A stretch of DNA of 40,000 nucleotides, from positions 8,737 to 48,736 of the forward strand of contig BSBG01000008.1 in the NCBI GenBank assembly GCA_030159235.1, written 5' to 3'. The notes below the pieces were generated by a model. The model did not search any database. It was not told the origin of the DNA and saw only the letters and a program-made list of their open reading frames with translations. The position numbers and the translations under genes were made by a program. This document shows positions 7,278-16,348 of the stretch, piece by piece (position 1 is the first letter of the stretch; each line of letters starts with the position of its first letter). This DNA comes from Bacillus safensis (lineage in GTDB: Bacteria; Bacillota; Bacilli; Bacillales; Bacillaceae).

Positions 7278-8310
7278 TAACCTTCACCTGCCTCAGACGC
7301 GGAATCTCAATGTCCTGTAATACTAAGTTTTTCGACTCTCCATTCAATAACACATTTGCATAATCTGACACACTTTCTGAGTGATACAGAATATCATTTA
7401 AGGCAGACATTCGAATGGTACTCTTTTCAAATGCGATTGATTTCAACAGCGCTTTGACCTTTTCTTCTATTTCTTTCTGAGCCCCCTCAAGGGTCCAGTC
7501 CATTTGAAGTTCGACTGCCACTTCTACGTCGATATCCAGCCATTTGGCGCTTTCAACAGTTGCTTTTGAGCCTATAGGCGCTTGTCCTTCTCCTTCACCT
7601 GGCTCTGGATCGATATATTCCTGTACCCTTTTGACAAGAAGATCGGATGCAACGTCTAGATTGCCGTCTGTGATGACGATTTTGACCGTCCCTTCTCCGT
7701 TCCAAAGCGGGAACACCTTCGCTCTGCCAACACCAGTGACTTCCTCAGCCCATTTTTTATAATGCGCCCTGTTGGCACTGACAGCCTCTCGCCTCGCACG
7801 TATTAAATATCGATCATATAAAGAAGCGTCATCTTCTTCTTCTTGACCTGGTATCACCAGTTCTTTCATCGTCATGGATTCGAGTCCTGGAATTGTATCA
7901 AGAGACAGCAGCGGCTGATCTGTTAATTGACCATTTCCGACTTTACCAGGTGTCTCACATTCTAACGTGCCATCGTTCGAATATTGAAAATAAACGTCTT
8001 CAATAAAAAAGCGTGAGCCAACTGGGATGTCGATGTTCTCTGGCTGAATGGCTACTGACCATACCGCTCTAGTGGCTGGTTTTCTTTCAATCCCCACTTC
8101 AGCAGCCCGCCGATCTAGAAACTCTCCTTGTGCTGTATCTGCAAAGACCAGTTCGAACACTTGATCAAGCCAAATATAGGACTGTGCCAATTCAGCGGCA
8201 GCAGGTGCCAAGGCATTCCAAATCACACTGTTTTCTCTTTTATCTATGTCATCTGGCAGTCTGTCCATCATTCTTTCCATCAATGCTTCATACGTTTGTT
8301 CCTCAAACAT
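7261..8310 (-). CDS. xkdT: Baseplate J-like protein
   Basis: 349 aa. [47 protein letters not shown] is the typical gpJ/XkdT N-terminus. Synteny agrees. Confidence 0.88.
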   Translation of the reverse strand: MFEEQTYEALMERMMDRLPDDIDKRENSVIWNALAPAAAELAQSYIWLDQVFELVFADTAQGEFLDRRAAEVGIERKPATRAVWSVAIQPENIDIPVGSRFFIEDVYFQYSNDGTLECETPGKVGNGQLTDQPLLSLDTIPGLESMTMKELVIPGQEEEDDASLYDRYLIRARREAVSANRAHYKKWAEEVTGVGRAKVFPLWNGEGTVKIVITDGNLDVASDLLVKRVQEYIDPEPGEGEGQAPIGSKATVESAKWLDIDVEVAVELQMDWTLEGAQKEIEEKVKALLKSIAFEKSTIRMSALNDILYHSESVSDYANVLLNGESKNLVLQDIEIPRLRQVKVIEQTG

Positions 8311-8734
8311 CGCCCTCCATCACCTCCTCTATTTCTAATGTGCCCTCGTCTGTGACAATTGCTAGTTTGACATGAAACGAGTCATTTTGCTTTGTGACTT
8401 CTAACTCTTCAATATGATCAATCCGCTCGTCAACAAGCAGCGCTTCCTCTAGCAGCCTTGGAATCTCCATTTCTTTGTATTCATCCGTGGCTTCTGTATC
8501 CGTCAATAGCTCCTGAATTTCAGTGCCAATGTCGTGGCTGTAGATAGGGTGTGCATACCGCTCTGTCCTTAAAGTCATATAAATGAATTGCCGGATTGCC
8601 TCAATACCTGAAATCGTTTCGCCTGTCAGTCTGCCAATGTCAAAATCTATTTGATACGTCGTCGAGGTTTCGACCTCTTCGTCTTCTTCTGTTTCCTCGA
8701 TTTCTTCCTCTGGTGAAAGTGCCACGTTCATCAC
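8303..8734 (-). CDS. xkdS: Baseplate wedge protein, XkdS-like (DUF2634, gpW/gp25-type)
   Basis: 143 aa. [36 protein letters not shown]; synteny agrees. Confidence 0.8.
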   Translation of the reverse strand: MMNVALSPEEEIEETEEDEEVETSTTYQIDFDIGRLTGETISGIEAIRQFIYMTLRTERYAHPIYSHDIGTEIQELLTDTEATDEYKEMEIPRLLEEALLVDERIDHIEELEVTKQNDSFHVKLAIVTDEGTLEIEEVMEGDV

Positions 8735-8739
8735 CTCCC

Positions 8740-9006
8740 TTACAATTTGTCGATGATGTAGAAAGACTGTCCTCCTGCCATTGCGAGCACCATAATGCTG
8801 TCTCCCCTTTTCAGCTCATCATCTTCACCCTTATTTAAGCGCTTCGGCCAAATCAGTAATTCTTCTGGAATGATCAGCTTATGATTTTCATTTAATCGGA
8901 TGCTCAAAGGGGAAACCGCCGTGACTTCTCCTATGACAAGGTCAATTGGAGATGCTGCATCTACTGCATTCACAGCCAATCGTTTAATCGCTTCACTCAA
9001 TTTCAC
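8740..9006 (-). CDS. xkdR: XkdR-like small baseplate/spike-associated protein (DUF2577)
   Basis: 88 aa; synteny with PBSX xkdR. The motif ..[14 protein letters not shown]... is typical. Confidence 0.7.
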   Translation of the reverse strand: MKLSEAIKRLAVNAVDAASPIDLVIGEVTAVSPLSIRLNENHKLIIPEELLIWPKRLNKGEDDELKRGDSIMVLAMAGGQSFYIIDKL

Positions 9007-10064
9007 GCTTGATCACCCTTTGGCATAGAATTTTTCTCAACGACATCAATGGTCATGGTGTGTTTTCCCCCACTAAATTCATGTTTGTCTTGATCGATCC
9101 AGTAGGTTTTTTTGACGTTGATTTCAGGAATTTTCAAATAGATTGGAAGACCGCTTTGTAGCTCAGGAATTCCTAGCGCTTGAATGCTTTTGACTTCTTG
9201 TTTGACGCCTTTTTTCTCCGCCAGCCGTACTTCGGCTCTTTTTTGCAGCTGAGGCTGGTTGATTTGCCCTGTGACCGTCTCAACATGCTGTAAAATACCG
9301 TATTTACTCTGACCTGCTTTATCTTGTTCGATCACCACAATCTCTGATTTACTGCCTTTTTTCTTATTCTTCCCTTGTTCATCAGCAGACGTACGCATCT
9401 TCACACGAGTGGCTGTCTCTTCAATCGAGGTGCTGTATTGATAGCTGATGAGATTGACGCCCGATTCAATGACCCATACATCCTCTGGATCAGGCCAAGC
9501 TCTCAGCCCCATCTTGCCTTTAACAGAATAGATTTGATAGTTTCTCCCCGTTTGCCGCTTCGTTTCTTTCAATGCTTTCAAAATGATGTCATACAAACTC
9601 GTATCATTTTTAAACACTAGTGATTTTATGACATGCCCTGTATTGGCGATGGAGGTCATTGGAATTTGAAAGTCAGCTCCAATCCGCCTCAAGATTTGAT
9701 CTGCTCTTTGCTTTGAGAAAACATAGACATCTTGGTTTTTCACCAAATATTGAAGCATATCGTATGCGGTAAAGGTCAGCTTCCCTTCAACAGGCGTCCG
9801 GGAAAAAACAATGCCTCTGAACAGCTCTTTTCCTTTCCATTTAAAAAGAACCGTGTCCCCTTCTGAGACACGGTAATACGTTTGACTGCCTTGTTTTGTG
9901 ATAATATTTGCCTGAATAGAGCGAGGGGCTTGATACCTTTGCCCCTGAAGTGTCACACTCTCTGTGACAAGCTCATACATGGTGCCGCTTCTGATGGCAA
10001 AAAGCTCAATCAATGCCAGCCCCCCTATTGTGGTATTTTTAATTTTTGCCCCGGGAAAATCCAA
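9003..10064 (-). CDS. xkdQ: XkdQ/YqbQ-family tail protein (gpD/late-control-D-like baseplate hub)
   Basis: 353 aa, assigned by synteny. It overlaps upstream xkdP by 40 nt, so the true start may be the internal ATG (MYELVTES..., about 9980). Confidence 0.75.
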   Translation of the reverse strand: MDFPGAKIKNTTIGGLALIELFAIRSGTMYELVTESVTLQGQRYQAPRSIQANIITKQGSQTYYRVSEGDTVLFKWKGKELFRGIVFSRTPVEGKLTFTAYDMLQYLVKNQDVYVFSKQRADQILRRIGADFQIPMTSIANTGHVIKSLVFKNDTSLYDIILKALKETKRQTGRNYQIYSVKGKMGLRAWPDPEDVWVIESGVNLISYQYSTSIEETATRVKMRTSADEQGKNKKKGSKSEIVVIEQDKAGQSKYGILQHVETVTGQINQPQLQKRAEVRLAEKKGVKQEVKSIQALGIPELQSGLPIYLKIPEINVKKTYWIDQDKHEFSGGKHTMTIDVVEKNSMPKGDQA

Positions 10065-10693
10065 TGCCCCGGCTGCTTAATATTGCGTTTGCTTCGTTTA
10101 ATCATCGCTGCTTTATTGGCATTCCAAATACGCCGCCATTTCGTACTGTCACCATAAAATCGGCCTGAAATGGCCCACAGAGTATCACCTTTTTTGACGG
10201 TGTACAATTTTGGTGGTGTTTTTGATGGCCTTTTCTTTTTGGTTTGTTTTGCTTTTTTCTTTCGTTTGATTTTCCTAGGTGATGCGGTTTTATATTCTTT
10301 TAACTCGATTGTAAATTCACGATCTCCAATATCATATGACCCTTCCTTGTGGGTGAAGCTTTCAATGCTGCATGTCATATTGATTTTTGTCCCAGTTACA
10401 ATCAACCGTACGGATTTCTTTGAACGCATCATTCGTTCAATTTTCGCTATCGCATTCTCTGGAGATGGAATGCTTTTATATTCAGCAATCGGCGAATATT
10501 TCTTAGGAAATAATGAGGTGAATGATACTTGTTTCGCCGATGGTACGTCAATAAAGGTCAGTTCTCCAAAAGAGGCGACCTTCACTGTTTCATTTTGTAC
10601 GTTATTTGTGATTTCGAGTTCGGATGGAAGGACAGGGAATCGCAACTTGTCCTTTCCTTGGGAAATCCACAGTTGATATACTGATTTACCCAT
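10025..10693 (-). CDS. xkdP: LysM-domain tail protein, XkdP-like
   Basis: C-terminal LysM motif [25 protein letters not shown].......[10 protein letters not shown]. Positioned right after the tape measure. Confidence 0.85.
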   Translation of the reverse strand: MGKSVYQLWISQGKDKLRFPVLPSELEITNNVQNETVKVASFGELTFIDVPSAKQVSFTSLFPKKYSPIAEYKSIPSPENAIAKIERMMRSKKSVRLIVTGTKINMTCSIESFTHKEGSYDIGDREFTIELKEYKTASPRKIKRKKKAKQTKKKRPSKTPPKLYTVKKGDTLWAISGRFYGDSTKWRRIWNANKAAMIKRSKRNIKQPGHWIFPGQKLKIPQ

Positions 10694-13600
10694 CGATCAC
10701 GACCCCCTTCGTTCCTGTATGAAGCTCTATTTCCAGTTCATCTACAAGCATTTGTTTAATTTTTTCGACAAGCGATTGCTGGTCTTGTCCATTATGAAAA
10801 TGCTGATCGCCATTGAATTGAATCGTGATTTGTTTATTACCTGACGATGTTGTACTGCCAGCAGACTGAGCTGAGGTGACTTGCTGCATCTGTGCTTCTG
10901 GTAAAGGAGCAGATGTATTTGATGGATCATATACTTGCATCCCAAGTGCCTTGGCTGCCTGCGTCAATAAATACCTTCCGCGAATGCCTCTTTCTTCGGG
11001 AATAATCCATTCACGTTTGTTTCCTTCACCAACTCTAGCAACCTGCTCCTGAGTAATCAATCCGCCATTTGCGTAGCCTTTATAAGGACCGCCTCTTCTC
11101 ATACTTCGTAATCCCGGCGTGTTGAAGACTGAACCATATCTTCCCTTAATGTAGTTAATGGCTGCTACGGCATTATGAATTGGGTTCCAAATGTCATTCA
11201 TGCCCTTGCCTTTATTGGCGTTAAACGTCGTTCCAATGGTTTGCATTAACCCTTTAGAAGGCGTTCCCTTCTTGGCGTTGGAATCCCATAAGTTGATCGC
11301 TCTCGGATCTCCATGTGACTCATTCTGCGCGATGGTCATCAGACCTGGAAGCCAGCTCATAGATGTGCCAGTTGCCATGATAGCCGCCATGAGCCATTGC
11401 TTCACATTAAGATTTGAAGCTCCCATGCCGCTGAAGGCTCCAATTAATGAACCAGCCTGATTCTCAGCAAATTTTTTCACATCAACTGAGTCGAGCCCTT
11501 TGACGACACCGATTGATGCAAATTTCCCAAGACTCATCATGACGCGTGAAGGGGAGTGAATGTCTAATTCCTCTCTAAACGCCTGCTCTACTTTCTTCGC
11601 CATTTCTTTGGCCGCCTGCGTGACTTCGCTTCCTTTGGAACGCATGCCGCTGTTAAAGGCGTCAATCATTCCTGAACCCCAGGTAGGTGATTCTTGTTTT
11701 GCTTGCAGGAAAGGTTGTTTGATATGTTGATCTACGTATAAGTTTGTGCCAGTTGATGTAGCATTTTGACCTGCTGCAAAACCACTCACCGTCCCAGTAC
11801 CCCAAGTTGGTGATGTTGTCATTACTTGTTGGTATGGCGCTTTTACACGACTTTGCAAGAAGCTGTCTGTTCCTGTTGGTGTCATCTGCTGACCATTTGC
11901 AAAGGCTGAAACCGTTTGTTGACCATACTTTCCTGAGTCTGATGTCAATTGACCAAAAGGCTGCTGAATATTCTTTTGTTTCCATTGATCAAGTGTAATC
12001 ACTTTTTGATTTAATCCTTGTTCAAAATCCTGATTAAATTGCTCGCCTATGCTGGAGGCTTGAATATTCCCAGTCATCGAGACCGAACCGTCTATTGAAC
12101 CGACAGAAGATGATGAAGCTACTGCTGTAGGAGCTGGAGAGCTTGATACTTGATTTCCAGCTGCTCCGCTTGGCATAACAGACATTCCAAGATGAGAAGC
12201 AGCCTGTGCAAGCAGCATCTTTCCGCGTCCTCGGTTATTTTGAGTTGGAATAACAAATTCGTTACCAGCTTCTCCGACCCATGATAAGGTTGGCTGGGTG
12301 ATATAGCCGCCTGTGGCTTTTTTATCAGGTTTAAAATCTTTTTTCCCGTTTTCTCGACCTTTTTCAAATTTTGCAAAATGCTTACCAACAATTTTTGCGC
12401 CTTTACTTTTAACTAAATCCCAAGTATCTCCTAAAATATTTTTACCCCAAGACTGTACACTATTCCACTTACTTGACCACCAGTCTTTATTAAATAGAGT
12501 AGAAGAAATAGTTGCTTTTGCAGTTGACCAAATTGTATTTGACTGTTTCCATTTACTTTTTGACCAACTTTTTACATCATCCCACTTCTCCCCCCACCAA
12601 TCTTTGTTAAAGACCGTTTCACGAACTTTTCCTTTGATAGAATTCCATATTTCAACGGCACCATCCCATTTTTCTTTGGTCCATTTTTTTACACTATCCC
12701 ATTTCTCTCCCCACCAATCTCCGTTAAAAACAGTCTCACTAAGTTTCCCCTTAATAGAATCCCATATTTCGACTGCACCATCCCATTTTTCTTGAGTCCA
12801 GTCCTTTACATTATCCCATTTCTCTCCCCACCAATCCCCGTTAAAAACAGTCTCACTAAGTTTCCCCTTAATAGAATCCCATATTTCGACTGCACTATCC
12901 CACTTTTCCTGAGTCCAGTCCTTGATAGCATCCCATTTTTCGCTCCACCATTCGCCATTAAAGACAGTAGATTCTAGAACTCCTGTTACATATCCAGCTT
13001 GTTCTGCCCACCATTCTGAATTAAACAGTGTATTCGATGCTGTAGTTTTTATATCTTCCCATTTTTCACTTAAGTTTCCTAAAGACGTTTCTGCAGAAGT
13101 TTTCACACTCCCCCACTTTTCACTCCACCATTCGCCATTAAATAAAGTGTTTGAAATATCCTCTTTAAGTTTTGAAGTATCAAATATCTCCCCTAGTTTT
13201 GACCCTCCAAAGGTGCCAGCCAATCCTCCAGCAACGCCACCAATTGCAGCCCCTACAACTGGTATCGGAATTAGAGCTTGGCCAATTGCAGCTCCACTAA
13301 CTCCTCCTGCAAGCCCACCAGAGAAACCACCTACTTTTTCCCCAACGTTTTCTTTCGTTGTCCCTATTAAATCTGTGGCACTTAATAAGTTCCCCAATAT
13401 AGGCACTCTTTTTAATAGCTTGCTACTTCCTCGACCTATATTTTTAAATACATCGCCTAACCCACTTAATCCTCCGGTACCTTTCATTAGACCTGCAAGC
13501 CCCGCAACAGAAGTTGCTATAGCCGCACCTTTCTTTAATCCACTAGGAATTTTCCCAATAAATTTCCCTGCATTTGTTTTCAGTTTTCCTAATCTACCTG

Positions 13601-14768
13601 GAGGTCTTCTATTTCTTTCAACTCTTGCAGTAGCCGTAGGATTTGTGGACTGTCTTTGCGAACGACCATTTCTATTTCTAGCCCTATCAGAACCACGTCT
13701 ACTTAAACCTCGAGCACAACAAGGACAACAGCTATTACGAAACAACCCTTTTCCACTTTGTTTATTTTGCTGCGTATTAGGAGTTGGATTTGTTGGTGTG
13801 TCTGTCGTTTGATTTTGAGCTGATGGGTTACTGTCGTTTTCGCTCGTTTGATTTTTCGGACCAAGGATCAAATCCAATCCTTTGTTCACCCATTTATCTA
13901 GATACTCCTCAGGGTTGATTTTAATCTTCTCACTAATTCGTCCGATCACTTCTTGCTTGTATTCGTCTATTTTCGTTTCAATCCAAGGGAGCGCCTTATC
14001 ATCCCAAAATTTTCTAGGACTTAATTGTTCCTTCAATTTGTCTGAAACGTCACCTGCATATTTTTCAATTTCTTTTAACGCCTTGTTTCCCAAATTCCCC
14101 AGCCAGCTCTGGTTGTTTTCATTCGTTTTCGCAGCAGCTGTTGCATTAGGTTTCTTTTTTATTTTCTTTTCTTCCACAACAGACTCTGCCTGATCTCGTT
14201 TTTTCAGCTTACTTTTTGCATTGTCTTGAACAGATACTCTGATTTCGTGTTTGGACATCGTCAAGCTTTTGAGTGTCTTTTTGATTCGTTGAATTGCAGC
14301 GGTGGCTTGGTCAACCATGTTTAATCTCATATAGTAGGTTCTGTTCATGAGCTGAAGGATTGATTTTTTGATCGTTGACATTTTCCCTGACAATTGATCG
14401 TTCAGTTTAAACGTCAGCATAACGGGGCTTGTCCCCACTTGTTTCAAACGATCTATGCTGGATTTAATGACATCCAGCCCCTTCGCTTGAATGGATATGA
14501 CCATATGATTCGGTAACATATTTAATTGATTTTTTAATGTTTTTAGATCACGATAGATTCCCTGATCTAGCCTCATGGAAAAAGCTGAAATTTTCCGTAG
14601 CGATAAAGTGAGATTTCTCAGCTTCTTTTCATCCATTTCTAGGCTTATTTTCACCGGTTTTCTAAATGGTTTGAGTTGCTTCTCAAACGTTCGAAACCTT
14701 TTTTGAATGCGTAGTAGTTTCTTCGACACCCGGTCTTCTAATTCAAAACGTGCTGTGAGTTTCGCCAA
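10686..14768 (-). CDS. xkdO: Tail tape measure protein with internal Trp-rich tandem repeats and a C-terminal lytic transglycosylase (SLT) domain; TTG start
   Basis: 1360 aa. Features are an N-terminal coiled coil, a Gly-rich hydrophobic core, FN(G/K)(E/D)WW..KW repeats, and an SLT block [13 protein letters not shown]....F........I..P..N..AAI.YI..RYG (about 11150-11400). It follows the chaperone genes. Confidence 0.92.
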   Translation of the reverse strand: MAKLTARFELEDRVSKKLLRIQKRFRTFEKQLKPFRKPVKISLEMDEKKLRNLTLSLRKISAFSMRLDQGIYRDLKTLKNQLNMLPNHMVISIQAKGLDVIKSSIDRLKQVGTSPVMLTFKLNDQLSGKMSTIKKSILQLMNRTYYMRLNMVDQATAAIQRIKKTLKSLTMSKHEIRVSVQDNAKSKLKKRDQAESVVEEKKIKKKPNATAAAKTNENNQSWLGNLGNKALKEIEKYAGDVSDKLKEQLSPRKFWDDKALPWIETKIDEYKQEVIGRISEKIKINPEEYLDKWVNKGLDLILGPKNQTSENDSNPSAQNQTTDTPTNPTPNTQQNKQSGKGLFRNSCCPCCARGLSRRGSDRARNRNGRSQRQSTNPTATARVERNRRPPGRLGKLKTNAGKFIGKIPSGLKKGAAIATSVAGLAGLMKGTGGLSGLGDVFKNIGRGSSKLLKRVPILGNLLSATDLIGTTKENVGEKVGGFSGGLAGGVSGAAIGQALIPIPVVGAAIGGVAGGLAGTFGGSKLGEIFDTSKLKEDISNTLFNGEWWSEKWGSVKTSAETSLGNLSEKWEDIKTTASNTLFNSEWWAEQAGYVTGVLESTVFNGEWWSEKWDAIKDWTQEKWDSAVEIWDSIKGKLSETVFNGDWWGEKWDNVKDWTQEKWDGAVEIWDSIKGKLSETVFNGDWWGEKWDSVKKWTKEKWDGAVEIWNSIKGKVRETVFNKDWWGEKWDDVKSWSKSKWKQSNTIWSTAKATISSTLFNKDWWSSKWNSVQSWGKNILGDTWDLVKSKGAKIVGKHFAKFEKGRENGKKDFKPDKKATGGYITQPTLSWVGEAGNEFVIPTQNNRGRGKMLLAQAASHLGMSVMPSGAAGNQVSSSPAPTAVASSSSVGSIDGSVSMTGNIQASSIGEQFNQDFEQGLNQKVITLDQWKQKNIQQPFGQLTSDSGKYGQQTVSAFANGQQMTPTGTDSFLQSRVKAPYQQVMTTSPTWGTGTVSGFAAGQNATSTGTNLYVDQHIKQPFLQAKQESPTWGSGMIDAFNSGMRSKGSEVTQAAKEMAKKVEQAFREELDIHSPSRVMMSLGKFASIGVVKGLDSVDVKKFAENQAGSLIGAFSGMGASNLNVKQWLMAAIMATGTSMSWLPGLMTIAQNESHGDPRAINLWDSNAKKGTPSKGLMQTIGTTFNANKGKGMNDIWNPIHNAVAAINYIKGRYGSVFNTPGLRSMRRGGPYKGYANGGLITQEQVARVGEGNKREWIIPEERGIRGRYLLTQAAKALGMQVYDPSNTSAPLPEAQMQQVTSAQSAGSTTSSGNKQITIQFNGDQHFHNGQDQQSLVEKIKQMLVDELEIELHTGTKGVVIDG
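12390..13155 (-). repeat. In-frame tandem repeats within the tape measure; core period 117 bp (39 aa)
   Basis: Units starting at 12696 and 12813 are near-identical at the DNA level, with flanking units progressively diverged. About 6-7 copies of [38 protein letters not shown] are visible in the protein. Confidence 0.9.
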
Positions 14769-14957
14769 TTATTTACCTCCTTTCTTTGATTCTTTTTCTA
14801 ACATGTCTAGCTTGTAGCTGATGAGTCCGAATAGGAATGCTTTGAACGGTCTTGGTGATTCGTATAAATCAAGGAGTTCAGATGGGGAGTAGTGAAGCTC
14901 GTGCATGGCGTAATATAAAAACACCGCTTCTTTATCCCCATCTTTTATTAGTTTTTT
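14769..14957 (-). CDS. -1 frame extension of the tail assembly chaperone (G/GT-type frameshift product; often annotated as a separate tiny ORF)
   Basis: The -1 frame is open from the slippery site to a TAA abutting the tape-measure TTG start. It reads LIKDGDKEAVFLYYAMHELHYSPSELLDLYESPRPFKAFLFGLISYKLDMLEKESKKGGK (60 codons, hand-checked phase). Confidence 0.7.
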   Translation of the reverse strand, partial: KKLIKDGDKEAVFLYYAMHELHYSPSELLDLYESPRPFKAFLFGLISYKLDMLEKESKKGGK

Positions 14958-15388
14958 GCTGCTTCTTCTAAATCTTCAATTTCATCTTCAAATCCGTTGA
15001 TTTCAATGGCTTTGTTTAACCAGTTCGCATATTCACCGCCGACTGACAGGACACGTTTTGCTACTTCAACTGGATCTTGTGTGCTGTAGGCTTCTCTTAA
15101 TTCCTTTGAGCGGAAATCTGGGTAAATCGTTGATTCAATCGCAATACGTGCATAGAAGCGCTGACTGTCTAAGTCTTTCACACGTCCTCTGCCTTTGACA
15201 TTTTTGAAGGTCGTATTTTCTTTTTCCAGTTCATCAATCCGTTCAGTTGTAATGGCTTTAAAGACAAAAGGAATGACATTCCCTTTTTTATCAACAAAAC
15301 GCTTAGAAATCGGTACCTTCACTTCTTCCGCTTCTACTGTTTGTCCTGGCATAAAAAATGAAAGATCAAATGTTTGTTTTTCGCTCAT
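14948..15388 (-). CDS. xkdN: Phage tail assembly chaperone, XkdN-like
   Basis: 146 aa with an acidic C-terminus, positioned between the tube and tape measure genes. SD AAAGGGAG lies upstream. Confidence 0.85.
   Translation of the reverse strand: MSEKQTFDLSFFMPGQTVEAEEVKVPISKRFVDKKGNVIPFVFKAITTERIDELEKENTTFKNVKGRGRVKDLDSQRFYARIAIESTIYPDFRSKELREAYSTQDPVEVAKRVLSVGGEYANWLNKAIEINGFEDEIEDLEEAAKN
14951..14957 (-). promoter_or_regulatory. Programmed -1 ribosomal frameshift slippery heptamer A_AAA_AAC
   Basis: The plus strand reads gtttttt. On the minus strand the heptamer is in the correct X_XXY_YYZ phase, covering the last two sense codons of xkdN (AAA AAC TAA). An 8-bp GC-rich helix (GATGGGGA 14942-14935 with TCCCCATC 14888-14881) starts 8 nt downstream. 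Confidence 0.7.
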
Positions 15389-15420
15389 GTTTAAAAACTC
15401 CCTTTGTTATGTTTTTTTGA

Positions 15421-15453
15421 ATGCAAAAAAGCACATCCATTTTTTTGAATGTG
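15421..15453 (-). terminator. Candidate intrinsic terminator on the minus strand, about 35 nt upstream of the xkdN start
   Basis: Minus-strand RNA: CACAUUC-(8-nt loop)-GGAUGUG, then CUUUUUUG. The stem has a G.U pair on the minus strand but a C.A mismatch on the plus strand. Confidence 0.5.
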
Positions 15454-15471
15454 ATTTCCAATTTTTTCATG

Positions 15472-15477
15472 TATAAT
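15472..15477 (+). promoter_or_regulatory. Candidate -10 box (TATAAT) for the toxin mRNA; -35 poor
   Basis: A perfect TATAAT lies about 70 nt upstream of the toxin ATG, with a T/A-rich upstream region. The leader contains CCCC..GGGGG pairing that could sequester the SD. Confidence 0.4.
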
Positions 15478-15547
15478 CTTAATTGTACAATTGAACGGCT
15501 TGCTCAAGGGTGTCTGGCTCATCCCCGATAGGAAGGGGGTGATGCTC

Positions 15548-15631
15548 ATGTCAACATTTCAAGCGCTTATGTTAATGCTTGCATTCGGGTCATTTATTAT
15601 TACCCTGTTGACGTATATAGACAAAAAATAG
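15548..15631 (+). CDS. Type I toxin, holin-like toxin (Hol-Tox; BsrE/BsrH/TxpA-like) 27-aa hydrophobic peptide
   Basis: Hand translation: MSTFQALMLMLAFGSFIITLLTYIDKK. The N-terminal MSTF(Q/E)ALMLML..G signature matches Bacillus type I toxins as recalled. SD GGAAGGGGG lies 8 nt upstream. The gene is on the strand opposite to the whole tail operon. Confidence 0.75.
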   Translation: MSTFQALMLMLAFGSFIITLLTYIDKK

Positions 15632-15666
15632 ACTCCCCTTGAGCTGTGGAAGGTTAAAGGGAAGTC
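15620..15666 (-). terminator. Intrinsic terminator of the antisense (antitoxin) RNA, overlapping the toxin stop codon
   Basis: Minus-strand RNA: GACUUCCCUU-(16 nt)-AAGGGGAGUC, then UAUUUUUUG. The 10-bp stem has a G.U pair on the minus strand and a C.A mismatch on the plus strand. Confidence 0.65.
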
Positions 15667-15840
15667 TACCTAAAGAACCTATTCGAAAAGCCAGCCCCTT
15701 GAAGGGCCTTATTGTACATTGCCGGGATGTTAGCGCATCCTGGCTTCTTTTTATTTTATGCAAATTGCTTTGCATGTAAACATATTTTAATTAATCGAAT
15801 ACAAGACGTTACCAGACGAAATTAACACGGCTGTATTACA
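15622..15840 (-). ncRNA. Candidate cis-antisense antitoxin sRNA (about 210 nt), convergent with and overlapping the 3' part of the toxin mRNA
   Basis: Extended -10 TGCTATAAT on the minus strand (15854-15846), and the terminator at 15620-15666. The predicted overlap with the toxin mRNA is roughly 15623-15752, the architecture of txpA/RatA and bsrE/SR5 (established knowledge). Confidence 0.55.
15721..15757 (+). terminator. Intrinsic terminator of the toxin mRNA
   Basis: GCCGGGAUG-UUAGCG-CAUCCUGGC, then UUCUUUUUAUUUU. The stem contains a G.U pair on the plus strand that would be a C.A mismatch on the minus strand. Confidence 0.7.
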
Positions 15841-15903
15841 ACTGCATTATAGCATATTCGGTTTTTATTTAGCTAATAAATTAGCTAATTTCCTCCACTT
15901 TTC

Positions 15904-16347
15904 TTAGAAAGTACTCTTCAGCTTCTCAGGAAGATCAAAGTCTTCAAACGTGAAAGGGACCTCTTCCTCCAGCGCTTCCGAATCCACATCCAGTCCAGCG
16001 ATTTTAGCTGAATCAAAGTTGACATCAAATAATGTTACACGCTCAGTGCCTCGGCCTGATGACTTATCGTCAATTACAGCTTGAAGAGTGAAATATGGGT
16101 CTTCCCCTTTTTTCACATAGTTGAGCATTAATTGAACGAAACGTGACGTGACTTTATAGAATGTTGCCGTTCCGGTTCCGTTTGCCCCTGTTGTTTTATG
16201 ACCAGTCATTCGGCGGCCCATCACGTTGACTTCTGATTTGTTTTTCTCCACGTTTGCTTCAAACGTTTTAATAAAGGCAAGCTCCTCACCTTCTAAGAAA
16301 AGACGACCCTCTTTACCTGAAATCGTATTTTGCGCTTTAAAAGCCAT
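15904..16347 (-). CDS. xkdM: Contractile tail tube protein, XkdM-like
   Basis: 147 aa. MAFKAQNTISGKEGRLF..GEE.A..K.FEA.V.K.K.EV...G is typical of XkdM/DUF2001. It follows the sheath gene. Confidence 0.88.
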   Translation of the reverse strand: MAFKAQNTISGKEGRLFLEGEELAFIKTFEANVEKNKSEVNVMGRRMTGHKTTGANGTGTATFYKVTSRFVQLMLNYVKKGEDPYFTLQAVIDDKSSGRGTERVTLFDVNFDSAKIAGLDVDSEALEEEVPFTFEDFDLPEKLKSTF

Positions 16348-16348
16348 C

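Noticed and set aside
12390-13155. Regularly spaced 117-bp repeats considered as a possible CRISPR-like or non-coding array
   Set aside because: The repeats are contiguous with no unique spacers. They are in frame within one long ORF and translate to a coherent 39-aa protein repeat. No cas genes are present.
12313-13812. Long plus-strand ORFs (160 aa, 61 aa, 296 aa) antisense to the tape measure gene
   Set aside because: They lie entirely inside the 1360-aa tape measure gene. Their products are low-complexity mirror images of the repeats and the Gly-rich region (Ser/Pro/Phe-rich), with no SD. The minus-strand frame carries recognisable tape measure and SLT motifs.
15590-15775. 61-aa minus-strand ORF inside the non-coding island
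   Set aside because: It has no SD, its product is basic and low-complexity, and it spans both terminator hairpins. The region is better explained as the antisense antitoxin RNA.
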